64,000 nt of DNA. It comes from Antedon mediterranea (taxonomy: Eukaryota > Animalia > Echinodermata). The notes under the pieces are model-generated. The model was not told where the DNA came from and searched no databases. It saw only the letters and a list, made by a program, of their open reading frames with translations. Position numbers and translations under genes: made by a program. Numbering within the stretch: the stretch's first letter is position 1; every line of letters starts with the position of its first letter. This document shows, piece by piece, positions 51,401 through 64,000 of this stretch. The DNA lies in NCBI RefSeq assembly GCF_964355755.1, contig NC_092674.1, forward strand, positions 20,584,001-20,648,000, in the 5' to 3' direction.

Positions 51401-52732
51401 CTGTATCGATAATGACATTACAGATCTTATAATACTACGTGCCCTATAAATTCATGGACGCCATTCGGGCGGAAAAAATACCATAGGTTATTGCGCCTTC
51501 TATTTTGATTTAAAATGTAAATGGTTTAAATGTTGCGGTCCGCCTCGAAGTATCTGTGGTTAACCATCCTGAGGGAAAGGGAAGAAATTATGTAAACAAA
51601 ATAAATAAAAGTTTCTTTTGGATCTGGACACTTTGGATCTGGACATGCTTGTGGTTAGACAACTTCGTTCTTTGACCAAAAAATCGTACGATATTGCTTT
51701 GACACAACTTTATTCCGGTTCAAATTTGTCCGCCGAATGGCGTCCATGGATTACAAACGTCTCACGCAGTTATCTATCTTGCAATATACAATCGTTGGTC
51801 TTACTAGCCTAGATAGTCTATCATGTACCAGTGTTTTGATCGCGGTTGTTAACACGTTTGGTAACTAAGAATTATTTACACACACGCGCTATATAACTAT
51901 TCATGCCCAACCAAACAACTGCGTATTGCGCGCATGCATGGAATATTGACGCAGTGCTGTTGGTTAGGAACGAATGGTAAACAAAACGCTTTACTTCGGA
52001 GGATGCTATCATTAAAGTTAGTAAGACACTGTCGTAAGTAGTACAGACTAGTCCTAGTAAAATTTAATTTAATTTAGGCCTAAGTATCCTGAAAGGTAAG
52101 TTTGTTAAAAAACATTTATATTATTATATTTTCTTTGATGATGAATAGACCACGTGTAGAAAGTTTAACAAGTCGCTAATTGATACAGATTTCGTAAATC
52201 TATTGAAAATGATAATATAATTCTAGGCCTAACAACAAGGCCTAGGTTATTATGCTGGTCAATCTTTAAAATTCACTTTTTAGTTGAATGTCTAAAACAA
52301 TGCCATAATTATAATTTATAACTTTTGTAAGAACAATGACTTGCTAGGTTTAATATGAATGTATCTGGGTATTGGAAAATATCCAGTACGGCAGAATTAT
52401 TGGTCTAATTTAATTTTGTAATGCTTTCTGAAATGTAATAAAAAATAATGAAGGTATACCATAATAGCGTATAAGACATACAGAATAATTAATGTTCGTA
52501 GACTAGATTTTCATGTTCGACAACACATTAGATTACATTTACACTAAAACGAAATCGTTTTTATTGAGCAAATTAAATTAATATTATTATTATTATACTG
52601 TATAGCTTTTATTAATATAATATACATTATATTATGTTTTTATGTGTCCAAAAAAATGCATTTACCATGGTTTATCCTTCTTTGGGGAAGCTGACTAGCC
52701 TACATATTATCTGAATCTAAAGCCTTTATTAA

Positions 52733-55700
52733 TATTCAATATTCAATTCAATTCATCGATATTTTTATTCCATAATCAAAATAATGACATATACAAATAC
52801 AATACAAATAATAAGATAATGGAAAGGGATACAAAATAAGCACAAGTGCTTTAAGCATGTAACCCTAAAAAAAAAAGATCAAACAATTAGTACAAACAAA
52901 AAAGAACAAACCAAAATAACATAATGTGATTTACTTAACTTAAATATTTCTATTGTTATAATATTGCTTTAATCTCTGTTTAAACAAACTTAAAGTGGGG
53001 GATTGTTTTATATAGTCTGTTAAATTATTCCAAATATGTGTTCCTTGGTAGGAAATACATTGCTGTCCGACTTTGGTGCGTTTTAGTTGTGGACAGTAGT
53101 TTGACCTGTTTCTAGTTGAGTAATTATGGAATGAGGCAGATGTACTAAATAAGTTATTAAATGATTCAGGTAATAGATTATGTTTATATTGATACATAAA
53201 TATAGCAGTGTGTTTCGTATAAAGGTCAAACATATTTAATGTTTGGGTCGAAATAAAAAGTGGATGAGAAGGATGCATAAAATGAACATGACAAATATTT
53301 CTAAGTGCTTTTTTCTGGAGAATATGTATACGGTTTAAATTTGTAGCAGAAGTAGCACCCCATACTGTGATAGCATACGTTATTCTAGGTATAAGTGCAT
53401 TGTATACCACCGTTAACAAGATTTTACTTGATAACATAGACTTCACTTTGTTTAAGACACCAATTATTCTAGAAATACTGTTTGCTACCTCATTTACATG
53501 AAAATTAAACGGTAGAGTTTCATCCAGAAATAAGCCTAGAAATTTAACTTTAGTAGCTTTTACTATAAATTCATTTCCCATCCTCAATTCTAGTGAGGTA
53601 GTGTCAGTTGACTTATTTCTAGCCTTAAATATAACATATTTTGATTTGTTTACATTTAGCGTTAATTTGTTAGCAATAAACCAGTCCGAAAGTATAGATA
53701 ACTCCTGGTTCATTGTATCAAAAGCTTGACTAATATCATTGTGACTATAAAACACATTTGTGTCATCTGCATATATAATCATGTCTACATGGTTACATGC
53801 TTGACTAATATCATTAATGAATATAAGAAATAATAATGGACCCAATATGGATCCCTGAGGAACTCCAGTGTTTACTGTCATTTTACTAGATGCAGTATTA
53901 ACAATAAATGTGTATTGTAGTCTTTTTTTAAGATAGTTTGAGAACCAGTTTAGCGGAACTCCTCTTATACCATAAAATCTTAACTTAATCTAATAATATA
54001 TCATGATCGACTGTATCAAACGCTTTTGATAAATCAAGGAAAACTCCTAGTGTGAACTCTTTATTCTCAATAGCGTTTGTGATTTTTTCAATCGATTGTA
54101 TTAAAGCATGATTAGTTGAATGGTGTTGTCTAAACCCATACTGTGTTTTACTCAGTACGTTATATTTTGAGAGGTAACAAATCGTTTGATCATACACAAT
54201 CCTCTCAAATATTTTGGAAAAAAAGGGTGAAATGGAAATAGGCCGATCATTATTAAATTTCTGAGATGACACCATTCTTAAATACCGGGATAACTTTAGC
54301 AATTTTTATATCAGCCGGGACACAGCCCGATGATAATGACGTATTAATAATATGCAATAAAGGTTTTAAAATAAACGGGGAAGCAGATTTTATGAGTTGG
54401 GCACTTATACCATCATGGCCAGGAGAAGTATTCTTTGTGTTTTTAGTCGCGTGGAAGCGACTCTATAGTTCACTATGTCGGTCGGTCGGTCTGTCTGTCG
54501 GTCTGTCTGTCGGTCCGGTATCACTATGCGTTTTATCGCTTTCTGACCTTATCTTGATATCAGTTTAATCTAGCTAGGTCAATTTTTTCACAGTATATTC
54601 CTCATGGCCAGGAATCAATGTGGTTATGTTTTCACGGTGCGCAATAAAAAATTACGCGGTCTACGCACGATTTAACGAAATCACGTTTGTAATCATATCT
54701 TCACAACCATGAATCACAATTAAATACAATTTGGTACTCATAAATTTCAGGGCATAAATCATCATATGGCAATACAATTACGTGCGTAGCGCATGTAACG
54801 CATGCGTACGCGCGCTTTACATTTTCAAAATTTATTTTCGATGAAATAAGAGTACATTTCAGGCAATTTTAAGCGTTTACAAAATTGCCATGAGTGCACA
54901 TATTTTTGCGCGCGCACTGCGCGTTAAATGTTATTGCGCACTCTTTTTGCCCGATTTCTGTGTTCTTGACTTACTTTTCAACTCGAAATTACGTTATACG
55001 AGCACATCGAAAGTGACAGGCTACGCACGTGTAAATTAAAAAAAATAAATGTTTTTAAACATTTCAACATTTTTAAACATGTTCAGTAATTTCGGTCAGT
55101 ATAGTTCACTATGTCGGTCGGTCGCTCTGTCTGTCTGTCTGTCGGTCTGTTAGTCGCGTGGAAGCGACTCTATAGTTCACTATGTCAGTCGGTCGGTCTG
55201 TCTGTCTGTCGGTCTGTCTGTCGGTCTGTCTGTCTGTCGGTCCGGTATCACTATGCGTTTTATCGCTTTCTGACCTTATCTTGATATCAGTTTAATCTAG
55301 CTAGGTCAATTTTTCACAGTATATTCCTTATGGCCAGGAATCAATGTGGTTATGTTTTCACGGTGCGCAATAAAAAATTACGCGGTCTACGCACGATTTA
55401 ACGAAATCACGTTTGTAATCATATCTTCACAACCATGAATCACAATTAAATAAAATTTGGTACTCATAAATTTCAGGGCATAAATCATCATATGGCAATA
55501 CAATTAAGTGCGTAGCGCATGTAACGCATGCGTACGCGCGCTTAAAATTTTCAAAATTTATTTTCGATGAAATAAGAGTACATTTCAGGCAATTTTAAGC
55601 GTTTACAAAATTGCCATGAGTGCGCATATTTTTGCGCGCGCACTGCGTGTTAAATGTTATTACGCACTCTTTTTGCTCGATTTCTGTTTTCTTGACTTAC

Positions 55701-56400
55701 TTTTCAACTCGAAATTACGTTATACGAGCACATCGAAAGTGACAGGCTACGCACGTGTAAATTAAAAAAATATAAATGTTTTTAAACATTTCAACATTTT
55801 TAAACATGTTCAGTAATTTCGGTCAGTATAGTTCACTATGTCGGTCGGTCTGTCTGTCTGTCGGTCTGTCTGTCGGTCTGTCTGTCGGTCTATCGGTCTG
55901 TATGTCGGTCCGGTATCACTATGCATTGTAGCACGCGACTTAATGGCTGTTGGCCTTGTTAATATAGTGGTTAAGTTCATGTTCAGTAACAGGCTTAAAA
56001 AACATTGAAGAGGTAAAATTTCCCTTTAAGAAAGTTCTGTGGGTGATTTGATCATTTTGACATTCATGCCTAAATTTATTATTTAGTTTTTATCTAATAT
56101 TAATAAAAAAAAGAGTTGAATGCATCAGCTTTCTCATCATTATCAGAGAAAGTCTCAGTACCCAATTTTATTTTTGTAGGCAAATTGGTAGTCTTTTTCC
56201 TACCCATTATATCATTTAGGATTGTCCACGTTTTTTTAATATCTTGTTTATTTTGTTCAAACGGGACCATATAATATTCTTTTTTCCGATTTCTAATAGT
56301 AGTGGTTAACTTGTTTCTAAAATGTATGTACGTACTTTTATTAGTAGTGGTGTTATTTTGTTTGTACTTTTTATATAATTTATGTTTTTTAAAGATCAAA
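52733..56400 (-). mobile_element. L2/CR1-group LINE (RT), frameshifted and interrupted by a HINE dimer
   Basis: DIKKTW, SPGHDG, RPISI, DLSKAFDTVDH, GVPQGSILGP, YADD, KFLG. (TTGAA)n-type 3' tail at ~52733-52755. Confidence 0.9.
54440..55960 (-). mobile_element. Head-to-tail dimer of a long DINE-1/HINE-like element
   Basis: Two near-identical units (54440-55149 and 55150-55960), each with a 3' hairpin AGTCGCGTGGAAGCGACT and (GTCG/GTCT)n. Single AACAAGGCC head at 55960. Inserted in a T-run without a distinct TSD. Confidence 0.85.
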
Positions 56401-56761
56401 TGATCAATTTAAAAAGAAATCAATGGATGGCAACAAGATCAATAAAGCAGTTTATAGCAACAGATGTAGCTCCTGATAAAATATAAACTATATGCATTAA
56501 ACATTGATAATATTTCGTCATCGGTAAGGCGGACAAACTGACTGTATTATTATGACCTTTTTAAATAGAAAGAACGATTACGTTTACATATTATTTACTA
56601 TTCTAATTACAATATAAATAACGATTGTAAGTCATTGAAAATCAGTGAAATTCCTATTTTATAAATTATAATTAATTTTGTTTACAGGGCCTTTCATAAT
56701 GCTTGGAGTATTATCAATATCCGCAAATAGTTTTTTTGAATAAACAATATAAACGTTATAC

Positions 56762-57341
56762 CTGGGGTCGGATTTATCAAACTTGCTTAGCTCCCCCCCC
56801 CCCCCAAAAAAAAAATAAAAATTATCGTCTTAACTTTGCCTAAAATCCTTGATATTGCATAAGTCGGATTTATATTAATAAACAAAATATTTGCTTAATT
56901 TTTCTCAAATATAAAACAAACAACACCCTCATTCCTTAAGATGAAAAATATCTTCTGATCTTTTCTCATTTCTGCAACAGAAATAAATCTTTTCTGACAT
57001 TTAACGTTCGGAAAAGCTACGCTCGGTTGCTAAGGGTCACTGTCATTGATACGAAAAAATAAATGTTGATGTTAAGTTTAGAGCGAATGATTTTCGTATG
57101 TATTTCCGACGTGCTCTTATCTTTCTCTAAGAATTCGCCCTCTCTTGTTGGGATTAAAAATGAGTAATGACGCCACCATCGCTAAGAGAAAAAAGATTTT
57201 TCGCCATAGGACAACATTTGCTAAGTTAAATTTACCTAAGACAATTGTTCTGCTAATAAGACGGGTTGATAAACAAGCCTAAGTTATTTTCTTAAGCATT
57301 TCTTAAATATTTCAGTTAATATTTATAAATGCCAACCCTAG
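56762..57341. mobile_element. Old MITE-like element
   Basis: Imperfect termini CTGGGGTCGGATTTATCAA / TTATAAATGCCAACCCTAG. Confidence 0.35.
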
Positions 57342-57582
57342 AGCTAACCTGTTCAATATTGATGCATTAAAGTGTATAATGCACTGTTCTGTTGTTTTGC
57401 TTTAAGCAATGATGGCAACGCTATACATTATTTTGTTATATTATATCCTGTTTTATTTCCAATATAAATAATAAAATAATAAAAAAGTTTTCACTGCTTT
57501 TCTGCTTTATGTAGAAATACCCATGATGATGATAATAGTTGAGTTATTGGTTGTTGAAGAGCCTGGAATGTTCGTAATGCCT

Positions 57583-60500
57583 TTATTCTTCTTTATCTTC
57601 TGGCAGAGAAACAGTCAATATTTGAAAGAATCTAGTTACAAAACCTGAAAAAAGATTCAATTATTTCTAATTCATTTGAACTTACTTATTATTTATTAAG
57701 GCCTTCTTCTAGGATTTTCTAGGATTATCAGTTCTTTGATTTGTTATGGAATGGTGGAGCGTAGACATATCAACGGATTCTAAGACAATATTTACTTATT
57801 CGTTATATTGTGTATGAAACCCTACCGCCATTGTAAATATAAACATGTAAGTCAAGACGAATTACCGTACCAGATATCTTTCCGGCGAGTGCCACTTTGG
57901 TTCTCGGATACACGCCCAATAGATAAGCGGGTATAACAGTCATGGTGAGAGCTAAGCCTACCAATGCATCCATGGGGGCAGATACAGCAGCCAATATAAT
58001 GCCACCAACATACGTAACTAATGCTATTATTGGAAATGCGATAGGAACCTGCAAGAAAGGGAATATCAATGTTATAAATCTGAGAATAAGAAAAATCATT
58101 CATTCATTTACACATGTTTCGGTTCACAGAAATATTGAATATATAGATATGTTAAAATGAACTAGTGCTTTGACAGTAGGCCTTAAACAGTTTTAAAACT
58201 GTTAGACATTATCAAAAGAAAGATTTACATAGTTTAAATAAGTAGTGCAAGACCCCTAAATGATTTAATTATCAGAAGTGACTTATCAATTGTACGTACC
58301 TTGAATGGTTTGTTGATATCCGGTCTGAACCATCTCAAGACAAATATTGTCGATAATGCCAATCCATCACAACAAGTACTAACAAACCCCAGATACGTGA
58401 TTAATGTCCAGATATCGAAAAACAGATAAGCCAGTATCAAAATACACTGTAAATAATAACACATATACCGTATTGTATAATATACAGTATTAACCATCGT
58501 CCTTACATTGTTTACCTGGGATTACAACTAGGTGTAACAAACGACTAAATTATGATTAAAACCCACTTTGTCATCCAAGATTATAAAAAAAAAACAAGGA
58601 TTTATAAAATCAAACATAATTAAAATCAGTTTTAATTAAGTTGTTCACTACCAGGTTCATTGGAAAAAATGAATAAAAACTAGTAATGATTTCACTTAAT
58701 ATTGAAAAAGACAAAAGTTAAACCCCAATTACATTTTTTTTCAGGTAAATAATTTTTGGCAATCCAATTTTATTTTGTCATTATGTGATTATGTGCCATT
58801 AAAATGGTACATTCAACAACAAAAGTTCAATTAGTTATAATAGTATCTGTTTCTACATACACATATTAGGATAGATCCGATTGGTGTCTTGTACTTAATA
58901 CTGACCAGCGCAATTGATTCTGGAAACATTCCGTCCCGAGCAGTTGCATAAAATGATCTAAAATAGTAGTAAGGAATAAGTCAAATCGCACAGCATACAA
59001 GTACAATGCTTTTAGGCCTATATTTTACTGATCTCTAAATTGATCGGGAATACGCGAGCACAAACTGTGTACACGTAAGCTGTTTTAAATTATTTGTGTA
59101 GTGGCTAAGGTGATTGCACAAAATGGTATTTAGACAACGCCACGGTGCCATGATTAAATTTATATTGACTGAAAATGTGTATACAATTTAAAAAAAAAAG
59201 CAACTTTATTACATGAAATGAACCATTGTATCTGGATGTGTATTATCCTTACCTAGGTGCCGACAGGAATCCGGCCATGGGCATCGCTGACAGTGACACT
59301 AAAATAGGTATTATCCAACGAAAAGAACCGAGTGTCTTTTCTGAAAATGTCTGAAATATTTGAAACACCATTTTACCTGTTCAAGTTTAATATATGGTTT
59401 ATCAAAAAGCACAATGGAAAATACAGTGTCAAAAGTGACATTGCTTTTTTACCAAATTGCTGTGATACAATTAAAATTATGTTAAGCTGTCACACAAATG
59501 TACTGATGGGAAGCACACGTAAAACATTTTGATACAGAAAGAAAAAAAACAATATAATTACCACAGCCACAGCATTTGAAGCAAGCATCTCATTGGGAGT
59601 AAGCACAGCAAAATAGGCAACGTTTGCAAATATATAAAGAAAGATTACCATAACAATCGAAATTATGGTAGCTTTTGGAAAATCCCTGAAATAAGAATTT
59701 ACAGATACGATTATAATTTGGTAATTAACACACAATACTGAAATCATAGATATGTTACAGTACCATATTTTTCTTATGATTAACAGTACACAGGCCTTTA
59801 ATTAGAAATGATAGATTTGCTTCTAATCGGCATTTTGGATGCTACTGTGTTCGATGTCGTATATATATATACCCAGGAAGAGAATGTAGATTCTGCCTAA
59901 CACTGTTGAAACAACTAAAATTCAGATTTTGTCATATCTTTTTACTAAAGAGTTGTTATCAAATCCTGTTACCTCTTCAAACTTTCGAATAATATGAATG
60001 TACTAAGATAATTACTGTACCTCTTAGGATTTCTGAATTCTTCTGTCATTGCCATTATATTATCTCTGAAAGAAAAATACAAAAACACGTGACTAATCTT
60101 GGCCAATACCATTTATCTAACGCCATATAAATAACACTGTTAGAAGCATCAATCAAACATAATTATATAAATATGACTATCTGTAGTTCAATGACTGGAT
60201 ACATTGATTTTCATCCTAGACGTGCAACATTTCCAATACGTATATGGGAAATGCTATTAATTAATGCTAATACTATATAAACTATATAAACTTGAAATGG
60301 GGTAACCTGAGTCTTACCCTCCAGCATATGACCAGATTGCAGCGTAATATGCCAAGCCAATTTTTGTCCAATTAACATTTTCAAATGAATTTTCAAAGTT
60401 TCCACTTTGGTCACCTATGAAAAACAGTTTTTAGAATATTACAGGCCTCGTGATAATAGAATGACCGATTGCGTTTACTTTGAGAATTTGTTTATGTGCA

Positions 60501-63197
60501 TCGTATATTTTGATTGAGAGCAATTCATTTACTCGTTATAATATACCAGTACGGAAAAATAGTACCAAATCAACTATCGTGAAACATAAAACAGCTTATA
60601 GTGAAACCGAAAAGATGTCAGTTTTAAGCATAATATAGATAAATAAAAAACTAAATCACAGTGTAACTAGACTAATAATAATAACGATTACCGTTTATAC
60701 ATAAATATACCAATCCAGTGGTGATGATAATAGCCAGTGCTAGAATCTTTGCCGCCATTAAGAAGTTAACAGTTCCTTTAGAGACACGAACACTCACCGC
60801 ATTCATAAAACCACACAGCACTATAATAACAAAATACAGTACATACATACATTCGTTAATAAAAGACAATATTATCATCAGACTGTGCAGTACAATACGG
60901 ACACTGAGTTTGTTCTAACCATTAAGCAGATTTTGCATAAATTATGTATGGTGAAAATGTATTATTAGTTGTTAAAGTTACGTTTTTTAAAAATTATTTA
61001 ATACTGGCTGGTGGTGTCATTCACCATTGACATTGTGTTGAATGATATATTAAAGGATATTAATAAGTTTTTCAACATGTTTTGAAAGCTAAGAAAGATA
61101 TTATGTATGGTCGAAATTGTACAGGAATGAGTATGTCTAACTGAACATATTCTACTAAATTGTAGAGGCGTACATCCTCCCAAATAAACAACATTTTTAT
61201 TAGAATTGAAGAGTCACCAAACCACTCTGTACCCTACCCTTCAGATAAAAATGTACCCAGTTAAAAATTACCGTCACGTCATATGTGATGTTAATTCCTA
61301 TAGGTGTAGAGGAGAATGTATGAAATGCATACGTTTTTTAGTTTGGCCCTGAAGCCCGTAGTAATACTGCACGAAGGACCGGAGATGGTATATTCAATCT
61401 TAACTGGTCAGTGTAATCATTAACACATCATATTGATGATATTAATAAGCCATATAAAATACCTCTGCTTAATGATCATGTATCGAAAAATGCATTATAA
61501 ATATTTTCAGTGTGTAATAATAAGTTGAAATTGTAGTAAACCCCTATCCGTTCCATTTAAAAAGCGAAGAACACGCTTCTTTTTTTAGTTACGTTGGTGT
61601 CTGTTGCCGTAAAACAGTGCTATTATATTGTTATGTATGTTGTTTTGTATCTTAATATACAAATAAAGAATGTTTATGAGTGTATTGGTACAAATAGTGC
61701 CATGAGTTAAATGATGAAAGGTTATATTTTAACGAGGCGGAGCCGAGTTGATATATAACCTTACATCATTCACCAAATGCTATTATTTGTACCATTACAT
61801 GAATTTAAATGTTCATTACTTGTTTTATATAACATCTACTTAAATTCCTGTCATTTGAATTAAATAAAATGTAGGCCTAGCCAAGAAGCCTACATTTGAT
61901 TCACATTTAGTAAAAACAGTAACACCTGGTTTTTGATATTTGTAAATATTATATTTATATGGACTTTATAAACACACCTACTGTAGTGTTAATTATGTCA
62001 ACAAACGATCAAACAATCCTAGGCCTAGCAAGGCTAAAACGTCTAGCCTAGGCATAATTTACTATATAGCTAGGCTGAAAGGCAAAACGTCGACAGGAAA
62101 CTTTTCTTGGCCAATTATGTTTTTTCCAACGATTCCACGTAGAGATTCGATGTAGAGATGTTGCCATTATTTAATCAAAATCCTATAAACGATCTAAAGG
62201 TAATTTAAATGCCTTTTTAATCTAAATTATTACATATATATCTCTCCAGAAATGTACTCTCATGGCGAAACCAGTCATAACATTCAAATCGCGACGAAAG
62301 TAAAACATAGGTGGGGCCATTGTATTTCAAAGGCAATAGTATACAAAAAATATTTTCCAAACGCGTACACGAAAAAGTACTATTAAACGATCGTTTAATA
62401 GTGCGTACTATTGCACACCATGTGACCCACAATCGTCCAATCAAATAACCGGAATTTAATTATGTGTTATAATAAATAATGAATAATTAATCAGATGTGT
62501 GTGGGAACAAAATACCACAGCCATACAACGGTCAAATCTGAACATTTTTCAGTGCGCCTACAATGACAAAGGTTGCCAGGCGTTCTAAATTAAGAGAGTC
62601 TTAAATGAGATGACGATTGGTTTCTGCTTGGACGCAACGTAAGGACGCCTGGCCAATCACGACGAAGTGTGTCTTTTGACTTGTCACATTCGTTGTGCCT
62701 ATACTGTACGTCGTGTTGCGTACAAGTAGGAACCAAGCCTAATGAAGAAAACATCACAACTTACTAGTTATTAATAGAGATACCAATTTTAGAGAAATTG
62801 GTGGAACATCACAATTTTCAAAAAATGGTGTTAAGATGTATTCGGAGAAAGTAAGAGTCCGAATTACCATTGATGCCGGATGTCGTACACAAAAGACAAG
62901 CCATTGGAATGTAAATGCTGGAAAGTCACCATAGATTTCACGAAGGTAATGGTACTGACCGCCAAGCTTGGGCATCGCCAATGCTAACTCCACCCAACAT
63001 AAAGAAGAAAGGATTTCAATTATTCCACAGAATATCCATACAAAGAAAGAAAGTCCAACGGATCCAACATTCTGGAATACTCCTTTAGGCGAGATAAATA
63101 TTCCAGAGCCTATAATTGATCCTATCGTTATTGATACAGCATCCAAAAGGTTAAGTTGAGGTAGGATTCGGTGTCTCTCCGATTGAATATTCGTCAT
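57583..63197 (-). CDS. SLC7 L-type amino acid transporter light chain (b(0,+)AT / y+LAT / LAT-like)
   Basis: Exons 62765-63197, 60692-60820, 60318-60414, 60021-60065, 59562-59685, 59253-59350, 58861-58957, 58300-58446, 57871-58048, 57583-57644, all GT-AG and in phase. IIGSGIFISPKG, GGQYHYL, PFFENC (heavy-chain Cys), TEEFRNPKRDFP, ANVAY, ARDG, RPDINKPFKVP, C-terminus SLPEDKEE*. Confidence 0.9.
61665..62478. mobile_element. Non-autonomous palindromic element in SLC7 intron 1 (possibly Crypton-type)
   Basis: Palindrome around CGAGGCGGAGCCGAG (ATGATGAAAGGTTATAT / ATATAACCTTACATCAT, TGGTACAAATA / TATTTGTACCA). Far end CCAATCAAATAACCGG...TGTTATAATAA. Confidence 0.45.
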
Positions 63198-64000
63198 TGT
63201 GCCACACACTGATAGGCCTAATGTAGATCTTCCAAATTAAAATCAACTGTATTCTACTTCCTGAATGCATGTCCTTATATTAGAAAAACATAAAAAATAA
63301 TAGCTTTCTTTTCAAGGGTGTTGCCAATTTCTGAAATTGTATCAACATAAAATATAATGTACACAAATTGTATGGTTTGTTTGAATCATAATAATAACAA
63401 TGGACATATGCAACTTACTGCAGTGACTTGATTTGGATAGTATCCTATTTTTTATATATAAGATATGCGTTAGTGTTCCGACATAGATATTGTTATTTTT
63501 AAAAAGAACAAAAAAATACAAACCATAAAATGTAAATTGTTCTATTTTCACCAAATTATTTTTTTTCCATTTCACGAATGTAAAACATTCAGTTTTGTTT
63601 ATAATACACTGTTACTGTTACAAACAACACAGAAGATATCAGAATAGTTCATAATATTTCCTTGTCAATTTGATGAACTCGGAAGTGTAAATGTCTTGTT
63701 ATCATGACTTTCTGGTTTTACAGTTGGTTTTTAGTATGTGCCGTCACCTCTTGCCTAATTTTCAATTCGTATTAAAGCATAGCTGCTATTTTTACGGCAT
63801 ATTGTATTTGGCTATGTAATGCTCAATGTAGTTATAGTCATTAAAAAAGTAGTTTTTTTTGTGCTGAATTGAATCGAAATTAATACAATTATTTCTTATT
63901 GGGAGCCTTTTCAATCAGTAAAGATACAGGTATTAGTGTAATCAGTTACTAATATACAAATTCACATAAACATTCAGAATTTGTTTTATATAACATTTAA

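Noticed and set aside
57583-57644. Suspected frameshift in the last SLC7 exon
   Set aside because: Re-reading gives an in-frame, family-typical FVTRFFQILTVSLPEDKEE*.

Overview
AT-rich eukaryotic DNA with GT-AG introns, LINEs, SINEs and rolling-circle elements. The repeat types suggest a marine invertebrate, probably a deuterostome/echinoderm (inference). Genes reconstructed by hand from splice sites: (i) three divergent single-LAMP-domain paralogues with the same 5-exon layout - a minus-strand pseudogene (~10.2-18.6 kb), an intact type-I membrane form (35249-41069) and an intact form ending in a GPI-anchor-like tail that has lost its second Cys pair (43957-48742); (ii) a CXorf38/DUF4559-like gene (25414-27539, minus) with an RNxxxH motif and a frameshift near A-homopolymers; (iii) a 10-exon SLC7 light-chain amino-acid transporter (57583-63197, minus) with unusual TM6/TM8 residues; (iv) a C-type lectin exon and an orphan exon. 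Two intron-containing tRNA-Ile(TAT) copies lie inside a LAMP-like intron. The rest is transposon-derived: two Helitron copies in inverted orientation, DINE-1/HINE-like elements including a head-to-tail dimer, a three-level LINE nest, two L2/CR1-group LINEs, MULE/Harbinger/CACTA-type MITEs, Deu/Nin-like SINEs, satellites and local duplications. No CRISPR or prokaryotic system is supported. All coordinates and family calls are by eye, without database searches.
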